A stretch of 64,000 nucleotides of DNA from Mycobacteriales bacterium (GCA_041743105.1 JBGTNI010000072.1:10777-74776), one strand, 5' to 3'; positions 52,701 through 61,547 are shown, counted from the first letter of the stretch. Notes: a model not told the origin generated them from the sequence alone. Made by a program: numbers and translations.

Positions 52701-53227
52701 ACCGCATTGGCCGCCTCTTCATGGGAAATTCCATGAATCGCCCGTAGCTCGTGCAACCCGAAGGCCACCCGCAGCATGGGATCGGCCACATCGGGTTCGA
52801 CCACGGATAATATGACACCCAGCTCACGCCGGAAGTCTTCGATAAGTCCACCACGAACCCGATCTGCGAGCCCATGAATTTCTTCGCAGGCGCTGAGAAT
52901 GAGGGCACGATTCCTATCGATAAGGTCGCGATCATTCGCCAGCTTGGCCAGGTGATTAGCTATGAGATGGGAATGAGCCACCTTGATGACGAAGTCCTCG
53001 GTCCAGTCATCGCTCTCGACGTCGCGGACTCGACGCGAATCGAGGCCGAGCCTTTTCGCCACCTCGAACGGTGAGACCGAGGGAGACGTCACTAAGCTCC
53101 GGGTCCCCGATACCAGCCGAGCAAGGTCCGTCCGAAGCGCGACGAAATCGGGCTGGGCTGCCCCCGCATCTGCCACAATCCACTCCGGCTCTTGTCCGCA
53201 CACTCTCCCGATGCGCGGCACCATCAT
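49742..53227 (-). CDS. 1161-aa orphan with several degenerate XRE-type HTH domains and a Pro/Arg-rich tail
   Basis: About six R...G.S/T....A...(G)......(R)E units, e.g. YRNAYGLSAREVAKLIGMKPIDVDRLERG. Confidence 0.7.
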   Translation of the reverse strand: MMVPRIGRVCGQEPEWIVADAGAAQPDFVALRTDLARLVSGTRSLVTSPSVSPFEVAKRLGLDSRRVRDVESDDWTEDFVIKVAHSHLIANHLAKLANDRDLIDRNRALILSACEEIHGLADRVRGGLIEDFRRELGVILSVVEPDVADPMLRVAFGLHELRAIHGISHEEAANAVPELPEAALREYEYAIGYSIDDLLRIREVTERFGCPNPAYEYVYDHLRASVDLLYVDPRRAQFLPERRQARVDQLTGRAPSVSPRPSPSPPPLPSEAAAAPRVGEPHIVAAIVRARNSAGETQRVAARFLAEIFNPNEYRHYANFIEQFERRGAIDSFDGVYYASLLLRRYAGFLGESRDRLSAFQGALDRHAEKLRKERAAELFARLGLRETRAGTREEIARSVDIAMSLQHARQISCLTLQAVAGAINAELGRDVISAANLFRLETVPRYNLRQLRTAQWVLAVCRMPEEVIGVGAEATAEDRDRLRHAVRAHLAEWGARPPRRVRQQGSAGRPTGPRRGVTDTGYADLIVVRAQLEAELAGAGFGVAEFFPYLEGLLGEQEKKIDATRRAELLSGLRARGSLFPQPAVGPTIDYGPEIGLRADIALAISKWRLTREPPISQKNLASAGGRYDDGFYREIRVIEEAAWPDFPPEDAIHRVLEALEAPQDLVQVVDERIVALHEEIQWRGLRSRPAAIAPVHEDPLEELNHGLEIFYWLAAIHLEHDHRRRRLPGDYVSGLAAGSGLDEDRLRVLLNPRARRWHPADTRLAGPDATLAERWSAAGMVSRAITAYATGDAVRSDVERSSGAGSLHPDEHRLLWQNIGRLAAAHTELLEQVLGPDEPRRRDRIRGSLDRVSFDNLAGGGGAEDRESLLLLLNDWQRILDETRPVGEHDPLDRTEPAPEPPWHRFLHSAVPAAVTPSPTVAPAPTETTPRSPLHSAASSSENRPDPRTDPDGWGTCGWLHRRYRNAYGLSAREVAKLIGMKPIDVDRLERGEGKRLALVAANTASLAALVCTGRSSQNLKPLQRAPEGKNGWSYAGQVIGAVRRGLGEPVVSAASSHGLAPGELAAIELGERARYNAELGRLLDFYAEFLVQQQREHQRSAPSGGESGSAPTVKSSTTNPPVPPTRPGPQLGGPPPAARPPGFRPGTHQRRPAGRSLL

Positions 53228-53507
53228 GACGCAAAACGGCAGCTCAGAACAGACAAAGACAGCATGAACCGTGCGGAACTGCGGCCATTTCTACCCCGAA
53301 ACGCTAAATGTCCGGTAGCGCGATGCAGAAGCCACGATGTGCGGTGAATTTTGCCGTGAAGGCGGTCTGCGGGGCGAGCCCTCCCAACGAATCCCGAGAA
53401 AAGGCACGACCATAGACCTTCGCTGCTGCTGTCCCCAGTCCTACAGAACGGTAAATAGGGTTGGATAGCCGCTTTTGAAAGTTCTGTGTACAAATCCTTG
53501 CACAGAG

Positions 53508-53558
53508 CACAAAAATCTTCTTCCAGACCTAGGTCTCGAAGGGGATTTCCCCTGGTAG
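53508..53558 (-). repeat. Degenerate att remnant (last bases of tRNA-fMet plus its hairpin)
   Basis: CACAAAAATCTTCTTCCAGACCTAGGTCTCGAAGGGGATTTCCCCTGGTAG resembles 61689-61741. Confidence 0.75.
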
Positions 53559-53576
53559 TCCTTAAGCAATCTCAGG

Positions 53577-53822
53577 TTGAACTTTATTGATCGGAGCGAT
53601 ACAGAGGTTGAGGCGCCTGAGAGGCCCCAGCGGGCGCTGTCTGGATCGTCACAATGGAAGGCTCGGCTGACGCCACAACTTCAGCCAGCCATCGTTGACC
53701 GCTACGCCAGCGGCCTGACGAGCCGGGAAGTAGCGGAGGAGCTGGGCGTAGGAAAGTCAACCGTGCTCACCCTCCTTAAGTGACAAGGAGTTGCAATCCG
53801 GCCAGTCGGCTTGCGGTACTGA
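53577..53822 (+). pseudogene. Small HTH gene with an internal stop
   Basis: IVDRYASGLTSREVAEELGVGKSTVLTLLK*QGVAIRPVGLRY*; TGA at 53781. Confidence 0.6.
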
Positions 53823-54014
53823 TCGACCACGCTGGAGGTAGACGATCACGTACGATGAAGGCAAGTCAATGCAGCCGTGTTCTTACGACTTATCACTGCT
53901 TTGACACGGCTGGGTAGGCACGGACGTGACGAAGATCGTCGTGCGCTGACGCGGTGACCGAGTTGCTCGGGTGCGTCACGTCGAGAAAGAGCGCCAAGCG
54001 TTTGCCCTAGCCCT

Positions 54015-54674
54015 TTAGGATCCGGCCCGCCGGATCCTCCCCACCCCGTTGACGCTGGGGTGCACCGATGGGTTGCCGTGATACTCAATGCCACCCACTC
54101 CGTTGACAGTGGCTGTGAGATCGTCCGTGACGGTTACGACGGCGTGCCCGACCCCGTTCACCCGGACATTCGCCCGCTTCGCGGTGAGGTCGGACAGGTT
54201 CAGATCACCCACTCCGGAGAGAGCCGCCGTCAAGGTGTCTACTTTCCCGGCGCCGCTCAGCTCACCGGCGCCGTCTTTTCGCAGCTCAAGCGCGCCTGTA
54301 TTCACGTCCACCAACTTGACCGAACCGGACCCGTCGACATCCACTCCCGCTAGCTTGGGAACCTCGATCGTGATGTCTATCGACCTGCCGGCGTTCCCCT
54401 TTCGGTCGATGGACAATGTCCTGCCAGCCACCGTGGTGGTCGCCTTATCGAGCGTCTTCTCACCGCCCTGCAGCGTGACCTTCTGCCTCGAACCGTCCTT
54501 GATGGTGACATCCGTCCTGCCGCCGTTGATCTTGATCCGATCGAACGCGGCGACCTTACGGTCCTGAGTCGTGTCAGGGCCGCCGTGGGCTTCGTCGACA
54601 CCGCAACCCGAGACCGCCAGGCAGACCGAGACCGCCAAGGCTCCGAGTGCAAGAACGCGGGTGAGCTCCTTCAT
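54015..54674 (-). CDS. DUF2807/GIN-domain lipoprotein
   Basis: Lipobox VSGC, repeated G.G.V beta-helix units, G.IEYHGNP.V..SVNGVG.I. Confidence 0.85.
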   Translation of the reverse strand: MKELTRVLALGALAVSVCLAVSGCGVDEAHGGPDTTQDRKVAAFDRIKINGGRTDVTIKDGSRQKVTLQGGEKTLDKATTTVAGRTLSIDRKGNAGRSIDITIEVPKLAGVDVDGSGSVKLVDVNTGALELRKDGAGELSGAGKVDTLTAALSGVGDLNLSDLTAKRANVRVNGVGHAVVTVTDDLTATVNGVGGIEYHGNPSVHPSVNGVGRIRRAGS

Positions 54675-55166
54675 GCCTTCATCTTCCTTACGCTCTAAGT
54701 CGATCTTTGGCAGTAGCCGGCCAAGTCAGCTCGGCACCCATCACGCCCATTGCCCCAGTAGATCTACAACCGCGGGAAGCACCAGATAACAGGGGACGGA
54801 AGCGTCTAGCACGATCACCGCAGTCAAGCCTAAGCCAACCGCCGCAGCATTCGGCTGGAATGTGAACAGGAAGGCACCGGAAAGGACGGTCATGGCGCAC
54901 ACCGTGACATGACGCCGATGAACAGCCTGGGTCCGCAGCGCCTTGCTACGCGTCTTGGTTAAGTTGGTAGGCCTGAATGAGACGGCCGTCTAGCTGGTGT
55001 CTGCGCGTCATACGTGCAGGTAGTTACACGACTAGGCGATCCGTTGACGAATCTGTCGCCTACGGCACGGAGAGGTCTTCTTAGTGGCGTTTGAGAGGCG
55101 GCAGAATGTTCCTTAAGTTGCACTGCTGCCTAGAGAATGTTCTTGAACGGCAGCTAGAGTTACATT

Positions 55167-56354
55167 ATGGACCTAGAAAAATTAGGAAGGTTGTCTTCTG
55201 GACAACTTGTACCTATCAGTGGCCATGATCCCCGAATCGGAGCTTGGAACCATCTGGCCTTTGCGCCTGACCCTTTGCCTGACACGATGCCATCCCTACG
55301 ACCAGAGACGTATCTACAGGTAGCGGACGCTCGTGCAGCCCTAGCAGCGCTGGACAGCACAGCAAAGCAGCTTCCGAATCCGCAACTACTTCGGCATCCA
55401 GTTCTTCGACGTGAGGCCCAGAGCACATCGGCACTGGAAGGCACCTACGCCCCCCTGAACGCCGTACTCAGCACCGACGAAGAGGACGGGCCATCGGGAG
55501 ATTTGCGCGAAATCCTCAACTATGTCGTGGCCGCTGAGCACGGTTTCGGCTGGCAGGCAGACGGTAGGCCGCTTACCGTGGCATCGCTTTGTGAGCTACA
55601 GCGCCTACTCGTACGCGAGACGTCTTCGCACACTCCCTCAGCCGGTAACCTCCGGGACATCCAAGTGGTGATCGGTCGTAGTCCAACAAATCCCATCAAA
55701 GGTGCCCGCTTTATCCCGCATCCGCCAGGAGACGAATTAGCCCGTCGGATGCAAGAGCTCGTTCATTGGTTACGCGCCGACCACTCCGGCAAGATCGATC
55801 CCGTGGTTGCTGCTGGCATGGCACACTACCAGTTCGAAACTCTCCATCCATTCAACGACGGCAACGGCAGAATCGGGCGGCTACTCATCGTCATGCACCT
55901 GCATACGCTGGATGTCCTGAGCGAACAAACATTGACCGTCTCCCCCTGGTTCGAGGCCCGGCGCGCGGACTACTACGACAACCTGTTCGGCGTGAGCGCG
56001 CAATCCGATTGGGATTCCTGGCTCCGATTCTTCGCCGCCGGAATCGAGAACTCGGCGAAATCTACTCGAACGCAGATGCTAGCTCTAGTAACCGTACAAA
56101 GTGAGCTCCACGAACGGGTCCGCTCTTCACATTTGCGAGCCGATTCGGCCCACGCCGTAATCGACTTCGCCGTAGCCCACCCTAGCTTCACTATCCCCAC
56201 CCTGGAGCGCGAGCTCAACCTGTCCTATACGCGGGCCAACAAGCTTGTTAACCAGCTAGTCAAGCTCGATATTTTGAGAATAGTTCCTGGTCGAGAGACA
56301 TACCGACGTAGGTTCCAGGCACCCGAAGTAATCGACGTACTACTGCAGAGCTGA
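55167..56354 (+). CDS. Fic-family protein with C-terminal HTH
   Basis: REAQSTSALEGT, HYQFETLHPFNDGNGRIGRLL. Confidence 0.95.
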   Translation: MDLEKLGRLSSGQLVPISGHDPRIGAWNHLAFAPDPLPDTMPSLRPETYLQVADARAALAALDSTAKQLPNPQLLRHPVLRREAQSTSALEGTYAPLNAVLSTDEEDGPSGDLREILNYVVAAEHGFGWQADGRPLTVASLCELQRLLVRETSSHTPSAGNLRDIQVVIGRSPTNPIKGARFIPHPPGDELARRMQELVHWLRADHSGKIDPVVAAGMAHYQFETLHPFNDGNGRIGRLLIVMHLHTLDVLSEQTLTVSPWFEARRADYYDNLFGVSAQSDWDSWLRFFAAGIENSAKSTRTQMLALVTVQSELHERVRSSHLRADSAHAVIDFAVAHPSFTIPTLERELNLSYTRANKLVNQLVKLDILRIVPGRETYRRRFQAPEVIDVLLQS

Positions 56355-56390
56355 GACACTGTGTCAGCTTCTCTCTGCAGGTCGCAGAGA

Positions 56391-56477
56391 ACACAAAATC
56401 CTCTTCCAGGCCTAGGCCTGGAAGAGGATTCCCTGGTAGCAGGGACAGGATTTGAGCCTGTGACCTCTGGGTTATGA
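56391..56477 (-). repeat. att site: duplicated 3' 44 nt of tRNA-fMet plus terminator hairpin
   Basis: 56434-56477 matches 61736-61779 with 2 mismatches; the hairpin TTCCAGGCCTAGGCCTGGAA is shared. Confidence 0.92.
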
Positions 56478-56615
56478 AAGGCGACGATCGTCTAGCTGGT
56501 ACCTGTGCGTCTCATACGTGCAGTTAGGAATCGACGAGGGTTAGTGGTTTCGTCTCAGGCGGCGGGGCGTGTCTGGCCAATTCCGGCGCGTCTCACTGAC
56601 AAATCCGCTGGCATC

Positions 56616-58340
56616 CTAAGTCGGCCGATGCGCGTCATTGGAGTTCACGAGGCTGATGGCAAGCTCCGCTTCACCTGCCGGAACAAATCGGACAACCTGA
56701 TATTCAGCGTGATCAGTTATAGCGTCGACGCGGGCAACGGACCAGCGAAGTTCGCGGACGCCGAGTGGAATTTTGGTGTTGCCCAATTGAACTACTAGGG
56801 GCCGCTGGAGCGAGGGTGATAGTAAATCTCCCACTTGGAATCCTTGGCCAAGGCTGAATGGTACGTCTAGTCGTGCCCATTCTTTGATGAGCGTCTCACC
56901 GCGAAGCAGCTGAGCCGCTTCGATAGATCTATTGATCTGGGCGGAAGTTAGCTGTTGTGTATTTCGCGGAATTTCGACCAACATTGATGTGTGTTGTTGA
57001 ATTAGTTCTAGTGCTTCGCAAAATTCAATCAGCTCAGCAACATTGGGCGCAGCGCCTACGGGTATGTTCTCTATGCCTTCTTTAGGTGGGCCATAGGCTG
57101 CACTTACTCTTAGGCGATGTGGATGACGAAAATTCTCCATAAATCGTAATCCAGGTAGTATCTGGCCGGGCCGCAGTCCCGCTAGATCACCGAGAGAGAT
57201 GGTGATTTGAGAATTTCTAGTCTTTATTCCTGTGAGCATTTCCAGGGTGAAGACACCGTTTTTTTCTGTGCCGAAAGCGCGCACGCCCTCTCCAGAGGGG
57301 CCTAGGACTGGTGGCTCCATCTTCAATAAGACGTTAGCGAGCACAGTTCCGGCTTCGTCAAGGATCGCGTTACGAACTTCGTGATATTCACCGGTCATCG
57401 GCTGACTAATCCTGACCGTGGTCATTTCTGAGGTTTTCCCTCCGAGGCCACCAGGTAGATCAGCATTCACAGTAACGGTACCTGCTGGCGCTTCAAACGG
57501 GCGACCGTACTTATCAAATAGTTCTAGATCACGACGCAACTGAGGGTCTATATTGACATTGAAAAGCAAATTGATGGGCACGGGTCGCTCTTCCAACGAG
57601 GCATCACATTTTGCAAAAATTTTGAATGTGATGCACTGGTTCTTCAAGTTGATTTGTTTGGCTGCAACTAGAAACGGCTCATCGGCGATGCTCGGCTGTT
57701 TATGCTCAACGGAGTAGTCGTAATTGTAAAAAGGGTCCTGGCTGTTAAGAGATCTATGTAAACCAGCCAATCCATTTACCACATGGCTTGGCTTCAGGTA
57801 TTCGTTGGAGGTTTCGGTATCTCCAACTTTCCCCGGAGAAAGTAGCATACGGATTGTATCGTTGAGAGATTTTATAGCACCTTCAAGCCGTTCCTTACCA
57901 TTGTGAAGGTAGTAATCGATTACATCTGGGTACTTAGCTGCCAGCCCTTCGAGGTAATCCAGCCCTAGCCAGTCACAAGGAAACCCGGCGCCAATCGTAA
58001 GCTCGTCTAGCCATTTCCGATTTTCGTGAGTCGGGTTCAAGGGCAGCGTTAAGAACCAATCCTTCACCGTCAGCCCGTTAGCTTGCGCGTAGGCCAGAAG
58101 CCGGCGATAAGAGCGCTCTATTTGCCCTTTATGACCTTTTTTTAAATTCGAGTGGAAGGATTTTGCCTGATAGACAGTGACGACGCTGCGGTTGTCTGGT
58201 TCTGGAACAAGTACGTCGATTCCGCCATCGCCCTTTGACGGACGGATACGCTTCGCGTGGCGATTTTCCCGACACAGGAAGATGCCGACCAGCTGCTCGG
58301 TTGGTTCCCCATCTAGAAGAGACCATTCCACTCTGCTCAA
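56616..58340 (-). CDS. PD-(D/E)xK restriction-endonuclease-like (Mrr-type) N-terminal domain fused to an unknown domain
   Basis: EQLV...GDGGIDV.....VYQAKSF...QI..S...W.L..P; low GC. Confidence 0.75.
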   Translation of the reverse strand: MSRVEWSLLDGEPTEQLVGIFLCRENRHAKRIRPSKGDGGIDVLVPEPDNRSVVTVYQAKSFHSNLKKGHKGQIERSYRRLLAYAQANGLTVKDWFLTLPLNPTHENRKWLDELTIGAGFPCDWLGLDYLEGLAAKYPDVIDYYLHNGKERLEGAIKSLNDTIRMLLSPGKVGDTETSNEYLKPSHVVNGLAGLHRSLNSQDPFYNYDYSVEHKQPSIADEPFLVAAKQINLKNQCITFKIFAKCDASLEERPVPINLLFNVNIDPQLRRDLELFDKYGRPFEAPAGTVTVNADLPGGLGGKTSEMTTVRISQPMTGEYHEVRNAILDEAGTVLANVLLKMEPPVLGPSGEGVRAFGTEKNGVFTLEMLTGIKTRNSQITISLGDLAGLRPGQILPGLRFMENFRHPHRLRVSAAYGPPKEGIENIPVGAAPNVAELIEFCEALELIQQHTSMLVEIPRNTQQLTSAQINRSIEAAQLLRGETLIKEWARLDVPFSLGQGFQVGDLLSPSLQRPLVVQLGNTKIPLGVRELRWSVARVDAITDHAEYQVVRFVPAGEAELAISLVNSNDAHRPT

Positions 58341-58452
58341 ACCCGCTACCCCACTACCTCAGCGGCCTAACTGGCCATCGATTCGCCAGAGGTTACAGGA
58401 AAATCAGGGGTAGCGGGTCAGCCAGCACGAGCACTACTGCATGTAATCGGCT

Positions 58453-59678
58453 TCAGCTTTGACCGTACGTTGCTGTTGTGGAGTTTCCTCTGACGTAGAA
58501 GTGCTCAGTTTTTCCACGCCAGGTGGACTGGCAGCACGGGCATGTGTATATGCCCTTGTTGTAGCTTTGAAGAGAACTTTCTGTGCATAAAGAGCAATTT
58601 TGGGAAGTTATTGTTTTTTCACTAAGGAAGTTGAGCTGCGATAAGGTGTGGCTTTGGTGTTCTGTTTGTTCATTATTTGTACAGCTTATGCTAATCTCAG
58701 GTACGCTTTTTAAAACATACGATTCAGTGTTGTTTTCCGTATATATTTCGCATTCTTCTGCGTTTATCATATAGCCTCTGAGTCGGTCTGCTGCCACGGG
58801 TAAGGGGTCAACGGAAATAACGCGGGTTCCGGTGAAGTTTGTTCCTATGAGGGACTTCACTAGTAGATCTGATTCTGGCGCTGAGTAGCCAAAGACGTGT
58901 AACTCGCCGGCGTTTGGATGGCTTCGGCGGCTAGGCGCCAGGCTGCGCGCAGGATCTTATTCCCGTAGTACTCAGTCTTCACCGCTGTGGGCGGAACGAT
59001 GAACGGCACCTTGTCCACTAAGAAGTTAGGTCGTGTGCCCGAAGTGCCGTTTACCCGCCGTTGCCACCCCCCGCCACGTTGGTTGAGGTAAATCAAGTCG
59101 TTGGTTGGGGCATCAAACCCTGCGTAATACCAGTTGATGGACCCGTGAAGCTTAAGCAGGTGAAACGCCGTCTCTTGTTTAGAACCGAAACTCAAACCTG
59201 CGGGGGCGCGTTCAGATGCAGGCGTCAGCGGCAGAGGATAGACATTAGTAAGCCGCTCTGACTCGGCTCCCCACAGTGCAGTATCGACCGCTGCTTCTAC
59301 CAGTTCGTCATAGTTAAACGTGATGACAGTCGCTGATGTTTCTCTCCAATGATGAACAAGGGTCATAAGCCACCCAGGCATTGGCTCATCGAACACCGAA
59401 TTTTGCGCATCGTCCAGGACGCGGGAGACAGCTGTTGTCACCTCGTAGAAGGCAGCCCGATTGTGCATGTTTTGGCTTTCACTAAGCCAGGGTTGCTCGG
59501 TAGACAGGAACGTCATCCACGCTTCGAAGTCATCAGAGAAGGTCTCGACCGATCTCGATGATGGGAAGTTCGTTTCTTCCAGGTGTTCAGCAACAGCGGC
59601 CGACAGGTCTTTCATCAAAGGCATGTGATGGCTTACGGCTTTGGAAAAGCCAGCACCGAGCACATAGACCGTCGACAT
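58453..59678 (-). pseudogene. SIR2-like (SIR2_2) NADase with a C-terminal Cys4 Zn ribbon, one frameshift near 58915 (possibly a sequencing error)
   Basis: YVLGAGFS, ITFNYD, LKLHGSINW, IVPPT. Adding one A to the AAA run continues into ELHVFGYSAPESD and then ORF 58453..58860 (CSLC...CPCC). Confidence 0.8.
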
Positions 59679-60034
59679 TCCCACCCTCGTCACAAGCATC
59701 CCGCTAATCCTGATGACGCTACGCAACAGCCAGACTGACGGACAAGAGGCGAAGCTAAGGAACTTCAACCCCAGTTGTAGAGTCAGATGCCACAAGATCT
59801 GCGGTTCCGCGTCGGCGCGGAGCGCCGGAGGCTGGCCGATGCGCCAAAGCGGGCCGCGCAGCGCCGGTAGGCGCTGCCTTGATTCCTTGTATAGAAAGTT
59901 TCCGTATGGCCAGAGCGATGTGTTTGTCTGGTCTCGGTAGTTGCGTGACAGTGCGTGCGGCAGGCGCCTAGATACGGAGCTGATGGGTTCCGCAGGCCCT
60001 GTCCCAGTTGAGCACCAAGTCTGCTCTGCCGAGA

Positions 60035-60988
60035 TCACTTAGCTTCGTCGATAGCGGCGACCCAACTGTTGACATCAGCAACCGCCTCGTCGAGAGACAG
60101 CGTGATATCCGCCGATGCAGCGGCCCTTGCGTAGTCGTCCGCCCAGTGGGCGTGGATGATCACGATCGGCGGCCAAGCCCGGGACGGAAGGCTAAGCTGC
60201 TGGGCTTCGTCCGCCCTGCTCTCGAATACCGCTGTCGCGGCAGCACGAATCTGAGCGAGAGCCGGGTAGCCGGCCTCTGCTACGAGGTGGCGCAGAAGGA
60301 GTAGGTCGACGACATCGCGGGCACGGTCATTGACGTTGCTCGGCGGATCGTGAGGATCGGAGACCGCGTGGAGCTTCTGAGCGATCTGAAACCGCATGGC
60401 GATCCCGACCAGCGTGTCCGGGTCGGGTAGACCGAAGCCGGTCAACGGGGGTGGTTCGATTGCCTCGAATTCGTCACCGATTCCAGCCTCGTCAGGTGAG
60501 ACCTCGAACTGGATGCGCCGCCACGTCACACCACGGAGTTCGATGACTATGTCGAACCGACGCGGTTTGATGGCCCTGGTTGGTACGTCGACGTCCTCGA
60601 CCTCGTCGCGGCGCAGCGTCAGTGGTCCCCAAGGCTCGGCGAGCGCGCCCTCCAAAGCGATCAGGAACGCGTCGAGGTCGCCGCGTACGAGGCCGTCGAC
60701 GTCCTTAGTGGTACGCGCGGTTGTGTTGAGTCGGTGCTGGAGCAAGCTGCCGCCCTTGAGTAGGAACAATTGCCTGCCGTCGGTATCAATGGCTCGTTGA
60801 ATGGCCGCGATCGCTACCGAGGACGCGACCAGCCATCCCAGCCGACCGCCTTTGGCTTCGGGCCCGAGCTTGCCTTCAGCTTGGGCGATCCAGTTGTTCA
60901 GCACGGTTGCTGACATTGGCTGTTTGGCCTTCGGTTTCAGAGTGCGTAACAGCGCGGCGAGCCGCGACCCGATGAACTCATCGCTCAT
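60035..60988 (-). CDS. AbiEii nucleotidyltransferase toxin (type IV TA)
   Basis: LLKGG.LL, RTTKDVD, QIAQKLHA, DRARDVVDL. Confidence 0.9.
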   Translation of the reverse strand: MSDEFIGSRLAALLRTLKPKAKQPMSATVLNNWIAQAEGKLGPEAKGGRLGWLVASSVAIAAIQRAIDTDGRQLFLLKGGSLLQHRLNTTARTTKDVDGLVRGDLDAFLIALEGALAEPWGPLTLRRDEVEDVDVPTRAIKPRRFDIVIELRGVTWRRIQFEVSPDEAGIGDEFEAIEPPPLTGFGLPDPDTLVGIAMRFQIAQKLHAVSDPHDPPSNVNDRARDVVDLLLLRHLVAEAGYPALAQIRAAATAVFESRADEAQQLSLPSRAWPPIVIIHAHWADDYARAAASADITLSLDEAVADVNSWVAAIDEAK

Positions 60989-61547
60989 GTCTGACCTCCA
61001 GGGCTCGAGCGAGTTCCTCGCGCTCGGTCGTCTTCAAGTGCCCCTTTGCGTAGCCTCGCTCAATCGCCTGCCGAAGCAGGTAGGTCGGAGTACCGTAGTC
61101 GATGCATTGGGCGATTGCGGTGGCCGACGTCACCGTCGGAACCTCCTGCCACCAGCCGACCTGCGCGGGCACAAGGTGCTCATAGTGAATCTCGTAGTCG
61201 TCCCCGCCGGCACGTCGTAGTCGCCGGCTCTTGGCGACCGTGATGTGGATGCGGTTGGGGTTGATGTCACTGATCGCATAGACGTCCAGCGCTGTCTCGT
61301 GGCTCAGGCACGCCTCGGGCACCCTGGCCCACAAGACAGCGAGCATGTAGGGGTCGAACTGGCTCACCGGATACTGCGGGAATCGATAGACGCCAAACGC
61401 CTCTCGCGTGAGCGTGCCGCGCTGCACTAGCATCTGCAGGGCGTGCTTGCCCACGCCTAGCTCGGTTGCCTGCTGAGCGGTCACAAAGCCGTGCTGACCG
61501 GTGGCCGTCTCCCATAGCTCTTCACGAGCGAGCATCTTCGCGTACAT
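60978..61547 (-). CDS. AbiEi antitoxin (type IV TA)
   Basis: A..QHGFVT..QA..LG, GVYR, LSHETAL, VPTVT.ATAI..C. Confidence 0.9.
   Translation of the reverse strand: MYAKMLAREELWETATGQHGFVTAQQATELGVGKHALQMLVQRGTLTREAFGVYRFPQYPVSQFDPYMLAVLWARVPEACLSHETALDVYAISDINPNRIHITVAKSRRLRRAGGDDYEIHYEHLVPAQVGWWQEVPTVTSATAIAQCIDYGTPTYLLRQAIERGYAKGHLKTTEREELARALEVRHER

Noticed and set aside
56434-56477. Second tRNA-Met gene
   Set aside because: Only the 3' 44 nt are present; there is no D-arm or 5' acceptor strand. It is an att duplicate.
58453-58860. Stand-alone Zn-finger gene
   Set aside because: Its frame extends upstream into the SIR2 GYS motif, so it is the SIR2 C-terminus.
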